From Chitinivibrionales bacterium (GTDB taxonomy: Bacteria > Fibrobacterota > Chitinivibrionia > Chitinivibrionales > FEN-1185), in contig JBAVGL010000491.1 of NCBI GenBank assembly GCA_049684795.1, positions 1 through 16,840 on the forward strand: 16,840 nt of DNA. Direction: 5' to 3'. This document shows positions 1 to 7,512 of the stretch, piece by piece (the first letter of the stretch is position 1; every line of letters starts with the position of its first letter). A program made the translations under genes and the position numbers. The notes beneath the pieces are model-generated. The model was given only the letters and a program-made list of their open reading frames with translations. It was not told the origin of the DNA and made no database searches.

Positions 1-48
1 GGTCATTATCGTGGTGCTCTGGTTGTTGAGCGCATTCGGAGTATTTAA
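1..48 (+). CDS. 3' end of an upstream gene running into the window (…GHYRGALVVERIRSI*); product unknown
   Basis: Frame 1 is open from the window edge to TAA at 46-48. It is too short to identify. Confidence 0.25.
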   Translation, partial: GHYRGALVVERIRSI

Positions 49-194
49 TTCCATGGAACACATGCGTATTGGAAGATGACCGAAATACCACGAGGTTGCA
101 TTCATGACGATAGCGCAGGGGTTCAAAATTTTGAGCCCTTGCGTAGTGTCGTAACAAATTGAAATCAAGACGTTTTTAACAGAGGAGGATTTGC

Positions 195-1064
195 ATGCAG
201 GCGCAAGCATCGATCTGGATCTGGATAATAGGCGGCATTATCGTTTTTCTTTTTCTAACGGGTATTAAAATCGTACGGCCCACGCGCAGAGGGCTTGTGG
301 AGCGGTTGGGAAAATACCATCACTTCGCAAACCCCGGTTTTCACTGGCTCATTCCCATTGTCGACAAAATGTATCAGGTCAATGTCACCGAGCAACTCGT
401 GAACGCCGATCCGCAGGAAATCATCACCAACGACAACCTCAACGCGATGGTCGACGCGCAGATATACTACAAAGTGAAAGACACCGAGGAAGACGTCAAG
501 CATTCGCAGTATAACGTCAATAACGTCAATTACCAGATAGTAAACCTTTCGCGGAGCACCTTGAGAAACATCATCGGCACGATGTCGCTCAAGTCCGCCA
601 ACAGCGAGCGCGGCAGGATCAACAAGGACCTGCACGAAATCCTTATCAGGGAAACCACGCACTGGGGAATCGACATCGTCCGCGCCGAATTGAAGGAAAT
701 CGACCCGCCCAAAGACGTCCAGGACACCATGAATAAGATCGTCAAGGCCGAAAACGAAAAGATCGCGGCCGTGGACTTCGCGACCGCGGCCGAAACGACG
801 GCCGACGGCATCAAACGTGCGGAGATCAAAAAAGCCGAGGGCGTGCGGCAGGCGAGAATCCTGGGCGCGGAAGGAGAGGCCGAGGCGATCCGGTTGGTCA
901 ACGAAGCGGCCGACAAATATTTCGTGGGAAATTCGCAATTGCTGAAACGTTTGGAAACGGCGCAATTCGCGCTCCAGAACAACGCGAAAATCATCGTGCC
1001 CGCGGGCCAGCAGATAATAAACGTCATCGGAGATCTGGCGGGAATAGCGCAATCCGGGAAATAA
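195..1064 (+). CDS. SPFH / band-7 (stomatin-prohibitin-flotillin-HflK/C) family membrane protein
   Basis: N-terminal TM helix (IWIWIIGGIIVFLFL) is followed by the characteristic SPFH core (VRPTRRGLVERLGKYHHFANPGFHWLIPIVD…VDAQIYYKV) and a C-terminal Ala/Glu-rich coiled coil. GGAGG RBS at 183-187, 7 nt before the ATG. Confidence 0.9.
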   Translation: MQAQASIWIWIIGGIIVFLFLTGIKIVRPTRRGLVERLGKYHHFANPGFHWLIPIVDKMYQVNVTEQLVNADPQEIITNDNLNAMVDAQIYYKVKDTEEDVKHSQYNVNNVNYQIVNLSRSTLRNIIGTMSLKSANSERGRINKDLHEILIRETTHWGIDIVRAELKEIDPPKDVQDTMNKIVKAENEKIAAVDFATAAETTADGIKRAEIKKAEGVRQARILGAEGEAEAIRLVNEAADKYFVGNSQLLKRLETAQFALQNNAKIIVPAGQQIINVIGDLAGIAQSGK

Positions 1065-1106
1065 CGGGAATACGTCAATTTATTAACCTTTTCAGGAGGA
1101 TTCTTT

Positions 1107-1454
1107 ATGAAGTTCTTAAAAGCATCGGTCGCGGTTCTTGTATTCGCGAGTTTTCTTTTTGCGCAGGCTGCGGGGCCTAAAACCGAACAGGTGAACAGCG
1201 CGATGAAAATGCGTGGAAAAATCATTCGGATAGACGCTAAAAGCAGTACGATTATCCTTAAAAGTAAAACGGAAAAAGACACCCTGTTTGTGGATTCCAG
1301 CGCCACGCTTATGAGCGGAGATAAAGTAATTAAGTTAAGCGATTTTAAAAAAGGCGCCAATGTGAGCGTTACGTGGGAAATCATAAACAATAAAAAAACA
1401 GCGACTAAAATAGATGAAAAAATCAAAGGCGGTTCCGAGAAGGAAAATTATTAA
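1107..1454 (+). CDS. Small secreted beta-rich protein (signal peptide; DUF5666-like / NfeD-like OB-fold candidate)
   Basis: Signal peptide MKFLKASVAVLVFASFLFAQAAG. The mature part is alternating hydrophobic beta-strand pattern (GKIIRIDAKSSTIILKSK…GDKVIKLSDFKKGANVSVTWEI). AGGAGG RBS at 1094-1099. The gene is AT-rich relative to its neighbours. The product name rests on pattern only. Confidence 0.6.
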   Translation: MKFLKASVAVLVFASFLFAQAAGPKTEQVNSAMKMRGKIIRIDAKSSTIILKSKTEKDTLFVDSSATLMSGDKVIKLSDFKKGANVSVTWEIINNKKTATKIDEKIKGGSEKENY

Positions 1455-1487
1455 TACAACAGTATCTCTTTGCGGCCCAAGAGTGAA

Positions 1488-2414
1488 ATGAACTACAAAG
1501 ACTATTACAAAGTGTTGGGAGTTTCCCAAACCGCGACCCCCGACGAAATTAAAAAGGCCTATCGCAAACTTGCCATGAAGTTTCATCCCGATAAGACCAC
1601 GGGAAACAAGGCCGCGAACGAAAAGTTCAACGAGATCAACGAGGCCAATCAGGTCTTAAGCGATCCGGAAAAACGCAAGAAGTACGACCAGTTCGGCGCC
1701 GATTATCAGCGCTATGAGCAGGCCGGCGCGCAGCCTGGCGGCTTTGACTGGTCGAAGTACGCGAGCCCGGACAGCAATCAAAAGCAGGGGATGAGCGCCG
1801 AGGAATTTGAGTCGATGTTTGCCGAAGACGGCGACATCGACCTGTTTGAATTGCTGTTCGGAGGGCGAGGCGGAGGAAGACAGGGAAGAAGGAGCGCCGC
1901 TTACAAGGGCGACGACCTGAACGCCGAAACGACGATTTCCCTTGATGAAGCATATCATGGTTCCGCGCGGCTGATCCAGCTCGATGGTCAGAGAATCAAA
2001 GTGACGGTTCCCCCGGGCATCGCCGACGAACAGGTGCTGCGGATTGCCGGAAAAGGCATGGACGGAACACGGGGCGGCCCCAAAGGCGATCTTTACCTTA
2101 CGGTAAAGGTGGCGCCTCACCCCGAATTACGTCGAAAAGGAAATGACCTTTACCGCGATTTCCCCGTTGATGTATACACCGCGATACTGGGTGGGAAAAC
2201 TTTGGTCAAGACGCTGAAAGGGGCGGTAAAGGTCGATATTCCCGCGGAAACGCAAAACCATAAGGTGCTCAGGCTGCGGGGGCTCGGCATGCCGGTCTTC
2301 GGCAACACGAATGTTTTTGGAGACCTGTTCGTGACAATCGACGTCCAATTGCCGGACCATCTTACTCAAGAGGAAACCGACCTGTTCAGGAAATTGGCGG
2401 CAATGCGGAAATAA
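1488..2414 (+). CDS. cbpA: DnaJ-class J-domain co-chaperone of the CbpA type (J domain + G/F-rich linker + two C-terminal substrate-binding domains, no zinc finger)
   Basis: J-domain signature is KDYYKVLGV…AYRKLAMKFHPDKT…KFNEINEANQVLSDPEKRKKYDQFG, with the HPD motif. A Gly/Phe-rich region follows, then a DnaJ C-terminal region (GDLYLTVKVAPHPELRRKGNDLY…). No CxxCxG zinc-finger repeats. The ORF track starts at TTG 1470; the ATG at 1488 (MNYKDYY) is the more likely start. Confidence 0.88.
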   Translation: MNYKDYYKVLGVSQTATPDEIKKAYRKLAMKFHPDKTTGNKAANEKFNEINEANQVLSDPEKRKKYDQFGADYQRYEQAGAQPGGFDWSKYASPDSNQKQGMSAEEFESMFAEDGDIDLFELLFGGRGGGRQGRRSAAYKGDDLNAETTISLDEAYHGSARLIQLDGQRIKVTVPPGIADEQVLRIAGKGMDGTRGGPKGDLYLTVKVAPHPELRRKGNDLYRDFPVDVYTAILGGKTLVKTLKGAVKVDIPAETQNHKVLRLRGLGMPVFGNTNVFGDLFVTIDVQLPDHLTQEETDLFRKLAAMRK

Positions 2415-2466
2415 ACCCCTTTCAAGTCCGCCCAAGCAAAAAAAGTTTTCTCGGAAGGACACCTGC

Positions 2467-3945
2467 ATGACAAATTCAAATAACGCCCAACATCGCTCTA
2501 TTTTGCAAAACATAGCCCGAAGGGCAATGGTTGACAGAGGGCTTCTTCCGGCTTTTTCACAACAGGCGCTGAGTGAACTTGACAAAATAAAAGGGGCCGC
2601 GATGCCGCCGGACGGAGCGGCGCGCGACCTTAGGAAGCTCGCCTGGTGCTCGATCGACAACGACGATTCCCGCGACCTGGACCAGCTTACCGTTGCGGAG
2701 GCAATGGAACATGGCGCGGTAAAAGTCCTTGTCGCAATCGCCGACGTCGATTCACTGGTAAGGAAAAGCTCGGCGATTGATGAACATGCCCGGCATAACA
2801 CGTCTTCGGTTTACACGGCCGCCAGGATATTTCCCATGCTGCCCGAAAAGCTTTCGAATGACCTTACGTCGCTTAACTTCGGGTCCGACCGGCCGGCCAT
2901 CGTCATTGAAATGGTCTTTGCCGATGACGGAGCGCTTCTTACGTCCGACCTGTACCGGGCGATAGTATGCAATCATGCAAAGCTCGCTTATTCCAGCGTT
3001 GCGGCCTGGCTGGAAAACAACGGGCCAATGCCGCCGGAAATTGCGGCCGTCGATGGCCTCGCCGAAAACATCCGGCTCCAGGACCGCGCGGCGCGCAAGA
3101 TTAAAGCTCTCCGGCATGTAAACGGCGCCCTCGATTTTGAAACAATAGAGGCCCGTCCGGTTTTTGACGGGGACATTCTCAAGGGGTTGGAGATCGAAAA
3201 ATCAAACAAGGCCAAAAGCATAATAGAGGACTTCATGATCGCCGCGAACGGAGTTACCGCGCGGTTTCTTGCGTCTAAAAAGTTACCGTCAATACGGCGG
3301 GTGGTCCGCACGCCGAAACGCTGGGGCAGGATCGTTGAGCTTGCGGCGCAGCATAATCTTACCTTGCCCCAAGGGCCCGACTCAAAATCGCTGGAGCAAT
3401 TTTTGACAAAGGCAAAAGCCGCGGACCCCGACCGTTTTCCGGACATTTCCCTGAGCGTCATTAAACTGCTTGGTCCGGGTGAATACGTCGTCGAACAGCC
3501 GGGAAGCGCCGCTTCCGGGCACTTCGGTCTTGCGGTACGGGATTACACGCACTCGACCGCGCCCAACCGCCGGTTCCCCGATATCATTACCCAGAGGCTA
3601 TTGAAAGCCGCCATCGCCGGGAAACCATCGTCCTATTCGGCCGACGAACTTGAGGCGCTCGCGAAGCACTGCACGGAAATGGAAGATAAAATCAAAAAGG
3701 TCGAACGGCAGATGGAAAAATCAGCGGCGGCCATGCTATTGGAGCCGAGAATCGGGGAACAATTCGACGCTTTTGTCACCGGCGCGTCGGAAAAAGGAAC
3801 ATGGGTGCGCATCACCAATCCTCCCGTGGAAGGGAAATTAATGAATGGGGCCAAGGGCCTGGACGTCGGCGTCCGTCTTCGCGTGCAACTGGTCAGCACG
3901 AACGTGGAGCGGGGCTTTATCGATTTTGCAAAGGAAAACTTTTAG
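2467..3945 (+). CDS. RNB-domain 3'-5' exoribonuclease (RNase II/R superfamily) with C-terminal S1-like domain, lacking N-terminal cold-shock domains
   Basis: Acidic RNB active-site cluster (CSIDNDDSRDLDQL) and the RNB core. C-terminal S1-like segment (FDAFVTGASEKGTWVRITNPPVEGKL…). At 492 aa it is too short to carry the CSD1/CSD2 region of RNase R or II. Confidence 0.82.
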   Translation: MTNSNNAQHRSILQNIARRAMVDRGLLPAFSQQALSELDKIKGAAMPPDGAARDLRKLAWCSIDNDDSRDLDQLTVAEAMEHGAVKVLVAIADVDSLVRKSSAIDEHARHNTSSVYTAARIFPMLPEKLSNDLTSLNFGSDRPAIVIEMVFADDGALLTSDLYRAIVCNHAKLAYSSVAAWLENNGPMPPEIAAVDGLAENIRLQDRAARKIKALRHVNGALDFETIEARPVFDGDILKGLEIEKSNKAKSIIEDFMIAANGVTARFLASKKLPSIRRVVRTPKRWGRIVELAAQHNLTLPQGPDSKSLEQFLTKAKAADPDRFPDISLSVIKLLGPGEYVVEQPGSAASGHFGLAVRDYTHSTAPNRRFPDIITQRLLKAAIAGKPSSYSADELEALAKHCTEMEDKIKKVERQMEKSAAAMLLEPRIGEQFDAFVTGASEKGTWVRITNPPVEGKLMNGAKGLDVGVRLRVQLVSTNVERGFIDFAKENF

Positions 3946-4020
3946 GAGAAAGGGAATCGCTACAGGGGCCGTGACGACAATCATGGCGATCATGACAATC
4001 ATTAAAACAGAGGAGGCTTT

Positions 4021-4710
4021 ATGCAACACAGTTTACGAAGTATAATCGGCTACGCTATCAGGGCCATGGACGGCGATTTGGGAAAAGTGCATGAGTTTTA
4101 CTTTGATGACGCAACCTGGACCATACGTTATTTGGTCGTGGAAACGGGAAATTGGTTGTTAGGGCGCAAAGTGCTTATTTCTCCCGTTGCAATGGGAAAG
4201 CTTGATGTAAAGGCGCGTGTTTTTTCAGTAAACCTTACCTGCGACCAGGTCCGGAACAGTCCCGACATCGATACCGAAAGGCCCGTTTTCCGCCACCATG
4301 AGGCTCAGTTACATGAGTACTACCAGTGGCCGCAGTATTGGGAAGGCGGCTACTTGGGCACTTTTGGAATCACGCCGTTTCCCGTCTATGAAAATTTCAT
4401 GGAGAAAAAATCTACCGCGCCGGAGGGAGGGGACGATCCGCATCTGCGCAGCACGCGTCAAGTCACCGGCTACCATATTCACGCCACCGACGGTGAAATC
4501 GGGCATGTTGATGATTTTATCGTTGACGACGGGAATTGGGCGCTTCTTAACCTGGTTGTAAATACCGGCACGTGGCTGTCCGGAAGAAAAGTGCTCATCC
4601 CGCCCGCATGGATAAAGAACGTGAATTGGGACGATACCAGCGTGTATCTTGACCATTCGCGGGAATCGGTTAAAAATAGTCCCGAGTTTGACCTTTCAAA
4701 ATTATCATGA
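4021..4710 (+). CDS. Tandem PRC-barrel domain protein
   Basis: Two internally duplicated PRC-barrel units: GYAIRAMDGDLGKVHEFYFDDATWTIRYLVVETGNWLLGRKVLISP and GYHIHATDGEIGHVDDFIVDDGNWALLNLVVNTGTWLSGRKVLIPP. AGGAGG RBS at 4010-4015. The stop TGA 4708-4710 overlaps the next ATG as ATGA. Confidence 0.8.
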   Translation: MQHSLRSIIGYAIRAMDGDLGKVHEFYFDDATWTIRYLVVETGNWLLGRKVLISPVAMGKLDVKARVFSVNLTCDQVRNSPDIDTERPVFRHHEAQLHEYYQWPQYWEGGYLGTFGITPFPVYENFMEKKSTAPEGGDDPHLRSTRQVTGYHIHATDGEIGHVDDFIVDDGNWALLNLVVNTGTWLSGRKVLIPPAWIKNVNWDDTSVYLDHSRESVKNSPEFDLSKLS

Positions 4711-5210
4711 AAACTTCTCCTGTTTTAAAAAATGCGTCGCATTCCAATGAAAAGGATAAAAATGAAGACCGGGATGAGCGGATAGACGCTCTTAACGACA
4801 AATATCTCCGGCTCATGGCCGAGTTCGAAAATTATAAACGCCGCAGCGGCCAGGAGCGGGAGCGGCTCATCGAGGCAGCCGACGAACAGCTCGTCAGGGA
4901 ACTTATTGAAGTTCGGGAAGATTTTGAACGGGCTTTTGCATCAAATGACCGGGGCGAAAAATTCGTCATCGGAATGAATCTGAACTCTGCTAAACTGAAC
5001 TCCATCCTGCAAAAGCACGGGCTTGAAGCATACGGCGAGCCGGGTGACAAATTCGATCCTGAACTTCATGAAGCGGTATTATGCTCCCCAAATGAGTTGA
5101 TACCCGAATCGCACATCACCGATGTGCTCGAGCGGGGTTATATGGTCAAGGGGAAAATTGTCAAACATGCTAAAGTGGCGGTTTCAAGCGGAAAGCCCGA
5201 ACAGGAATAA
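4707..5210 (+). CDS. grpE: GrpE nucleotide-exchange factor (short form)
   Basis: GrpE signature LRLMAEFENYKRR, a long helical region and a C-terminal beta-domain (ITDVLERGYMVKGKIVKHAKVAVS). The start overlaps the upstream stop (ATGA at 4707-4710), implying translational coupling. Confidence 0.85.
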   Translation: MKTSPVLKNASHSNEKDKNEDRDERIDALNDKYLRLMAEFENYKRRSGQERERLIEAADEQLVRELIEVREDFERAFASNDRGEKFVIGMNLNSAKLNSILQKHGLEAYGEPGDKFDPELHEAVLCSPNELIPESHITDVLERGYMVKGKIVKHAKVAVSSGKPEQE

Positions 5211-5240
5211 ACCTTTTTAGTTGTCAAGGACTTAATCCGC

Positions 5241-5990
5241 ATGCGGAAATTACGCTTGGTAACGATCAACATCCACAAAGGCTTTTCCTGGGGCAACCGG
5301 AAGTTTATCTTGCACCGCCTTCGCGAAGCGATCCGTTCGGTTGACGCCGATATCGTCTTTTTGCAGGAGGCGGTCGGCAAAAATTCCGCCCAGGCGGAAA
5401 AGCACAGCAACTGGCCCGGTCAGGCTCAGCACGAATTTCTTGCCGATCCCCAATGGAAATATTTTGCCTATGGCAAGAACGCGTTCTATCCCGACGGCCA
5501 TCATGGCAACGCGATTCTTTCAAAGTTTCCCCTGCTGCATTCGGAGCAGATCGACACCTCGACCAACAGCTTTGAGCAGCGCGGATTTCTCTACTGCGCT
5601 GTAAACATACCGGGCAGTCCGGTCCCGCTGCATTGTCTCTGCGTCCATCTGGGGCTTTTTGCCGTTTCGCGCCGAAAGCAGCTTCGCATGCAGGCCGACT
5701 ATATCAGCCGGTGCATTCGACCCGCCGAACCGATAATCATGGCGGGCGATTTTAATGACTGGAGCGGTCGGTGCGTCAACGATTTCGCGAAGATATTAGG
5801 CATGAAGGACGCGGCCACGGAGGCGAAAGGCAGGAAAGCGCGCACGTTTCCCGCGCGCATTCCTTTTCTTCCCCTCGATCGAATTTACTTCAGGGGCTTG
5901 ACGGCGAAGAGCTCCGCGACGTACTACAAGGGTGTTTGGAAGAAGCTTTCCGATCACGCGGCATTGTTTATAGAAAGCGAGTTGCCCTGA
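5241..5990 (+). CDS. Endonuclease/exonuclease/phosphatase (EEP) family protein, YbhP-like
   Basis: EEP fold motifs are present: LVTINIHKG…DADIVFLQE, a GNAILS segment, a C-terminal IMAGDFNDW, and SDHAALF. Confidence 0.85.
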   Translation: MRKLRLVTINIHKGFSWGNRKFILHRLREAIRSVDADIVFLQEAVGKNSAQAEKHSNWPGQAQHEFLADPQWKYFAYGKNAFYPDGHHGNAILSKFPLLHSEQIDTSTNSFEQRGFLYCAVNIPGSPVPLHCLCVHLGLFAVSRRKQLRMQADYISRCIRPAEPIIMAGDFNDWSGRCVNDFAKILGMKDAATEAKGRKARTFPARIPFLPLDRIYFRGLTAKSSATYYKGVWKKLSDHAALFIESELP

Positions 5991-5991
5991 C

Positions 5992-6020
5992 CCGCCCGTC
6001 GGCGGATAAGAACCTTAACC
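5992..6020 (+). repeat. Minimal copy of the intergenic hairpin motif: CCGCC-CGTC-GGCGG-ATAAG-AACCTTAACC, starting 1 nt after the EEP stop
   Basis: The 10-mer GGCGGATAAG at 6001-6010 also occurs at 7528-7537 (GGTGGATAAG at 9687-9696). The same CCGCC/GGCGG stem precedes it, and AACCT(T)AA follows, matching the right end of the long palindrome. Confidence 0.4.
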
Positions 6021-6075
6021 AAAAAATCAAGATCTTTGCGAAACGCGTAGATAATAATTTTTGTAAGGTACTAAC

Positions 6076-7446
6076 ATGATGAAGGTCAATTGGATATTAT
6101 TACATATCCTGCCGATCATAGGGTTTTTCCTTGCTGTGACGCTTCTTGTCCACCAGGGCCGGAAGCGTCGTTCCCCTTCAAGCACAATGGCCTGGCTGCT
6201 CGCGATTTTGCTGGTCCCCTATATCGGCGTACCGGCATACGTGATCTTCGGCGGCCGTAAAATCAGACGCATGACGAAAGACAAGGCCGACCTGTCGCTT
6301 GGCGTCAAGGTCCCCGGAGAGCGGCCCGTTACGCAAGGCGTGGGCGGCATCTTCCCTCCAAGGAACGGCAATGAAATAACGCTTCTTGCCACGGGAGAAA
6401 TGGCCTGCGAGACGCTTGTCGATCTGATCGAACACGCGCGGAAAAGCATCGATATCAGCACCTTTATTCTGGGCAACGACGAAACCGGCGCGGCTGTCCT
6501 CGCAGCCCTGACGCGCAAGGCCGGACAGGGCGTTTACGTTCGGCTGCTTCTGGACGCGCTCGGCTCCTTTCGCGTTTCAAAAAGAACACTCGCACCTTTT
6601 CAGGCCGCCGGCGGTCATTACGCTTTTTTCATGCCCATGATGCATCTTCCCTTCCGGGGCCGCGCCAATTTGCGCAATCACCGCAAGATCATGATTGCCG
6701 ACGGCGCAACCGCTATACTCGGCGGCATGAACATCGCGCAAGACTATATGGGCATGACCGTCAGCACGCGGCGTTGGCATGATTTGTCTTTTTTGGTAAA
6801 GGGGCCAGTGATCGGCGATCTACATGATGTTTTCCATTCCGATTGGCAATTTGCCGCAAAACGGAAAACCGCGCATGAGGACTTTCTTGTTCCCGCCAAT
6901 ACGGGTGCGACCTCCACGCTGGAGTTGGTGCCGAGCGGACCCGATGTTGCGGGCGATCCGCTTTACGAGAGCGTCGTAACCGCGCTCTTCAAGGCCAAAA
7001 GCCGCGTGTGGATCGTCACCCCGTATTTTGTCCCCGATGAAATGCTGCTCAAGGCGATGTGCATCGCCGCCAGGCGCGGCGTGGATGTGCGCATCGTCGT
7101 GCCGCTGGTATCCAACCACCCGCTTGCCGACCTTGTGCGGCGGAGCTATCTCAGGGAAGCGCAGGACAGTGGCGTTAAAATTTGTAATTTCACGCCCGGA
7201 ATGATGCACGCCAAGGCAATACTTGTGGATGGGTCGCTCGGCATTGTCGGTTCAATGAACATGGATATGCGCAGCTTGTTTCTGAACTATGAAGTCGCCT
7301 TGTTTATCTATAATGAAAACATGGTGCAAGAACTGGACCGCTGGGTAACGGACTTGCTGCATCAATGCGTTCCCGGCATAAAAAAAGCGAATGTTGCCGT
7401 TGAATTTTTTGAAGGCATTGCGCGCCTTCTGGCGCCGCTTCTGTAA
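6076..7446 (+). CDS. cls: Cardiolipin synthase (phospholipase-D superfamily, two HKD motifs, ClsA-like N-terminal TM pair)
   Basis: Two N-terminal TM helices are followed by HKD motif 1 (NHRKIMIADGATAILGGMNI) and HKD motif 2 (MMHAKAILVDGSLGIVGSMNMD). It lies directly downstream of an EEP gene, as in the E. coli ybhP-clsB operon. Confidence 0.9.
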   Translation: MMKVNWILLHILPIIGFFLAVTLLVHQGRKRRSPSSTMAWLLAILLVPYIGVPAYVIFGGRKIRRMTKDKADLSLGVKVPGERPVTQGVGGIFPPRNGNEITLLATGEMACETLVDLIEHARKSIDISTFILGNDETGAAVLAALTRKAGQGVYVRLLLDALGSFRVSKRTLAPFQAAGGHYAFFMPMMHLPFRGRANLRNHRKIMIADGATAILGGMNIAQDYMGMTVSTRRWHDLSFLVKGPVIGDLHDVFHSDWQFAAKRKTAHEDFLVPANTGATSTLELVPSGPDVAGDPLYESVVTALFKAKSRVWIVTPYFVPDEMLLKAMCIAARRGVDVRIVVPLVSNHPLADLVRRSYLREAQDSGVKICNFTPGMMHAKAILVDGSLGIVGSMNMDMRSLFLNYEVALFIYNENMVQELDRWVTDLLHQCVPGIKKANVAVEFFEGIARLLAPLL

Positions 7447-7512
7447 TGCGCTTATGGTACTGGTGTTTTCAGGTTTGACACGTATGCGGGACGACACCTA
7501 TTTTTTTACCTG

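Noticed and set aside
255-1426. Long minus-strand ORFs (255-1052, 530-1426) overlapping the SPFH gene
   Set aside because: These are antisense shadow ORFs of a strongly supported + strand gene in GC-rich sequence. Their translations are low-complexity with no domain-like features. The same applies to 1636-2120(-), 2127-2801(-), 2988-3461(-), 8032-9456(-), 9774-10379(-), 10504-11016(-), 12233-12946(-), 13025-13516(-) and the + strand 13939-14415 and 14085-14366 frames inside the minus-strand AI-2E gene.
1455-1487. CIRCE/HrcA operator or sigma-32 heat-shock promoter upstream of the J-protein gene, and also at 3946-4020
   Set aside because: No TTAGCACTC-N9-GAGTGCTAA or close variant was found, and no convincing TTGAAA-N13-15-CCCCATNT arrangement.
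5771-6079. ORF 5771-6079 (+) spanning the EEP 3' end and the cls upstream gap
   Set aside because: It is an out-of-frame overlap with the well-supported EEP gene. Its Arg/Gly-rich translation is typical of an off-frame reading of GC-rich coding DNA.
7447-7512. Rho-independent terminator after cls (T7 run at 7500-7507)
   Set aside because: A T-run is present, but I could not find a convincing GC-rich stem immediately upstream of it. The adjacent palindromic element is a more likely structured 3' end, so no separate terminator call was made.
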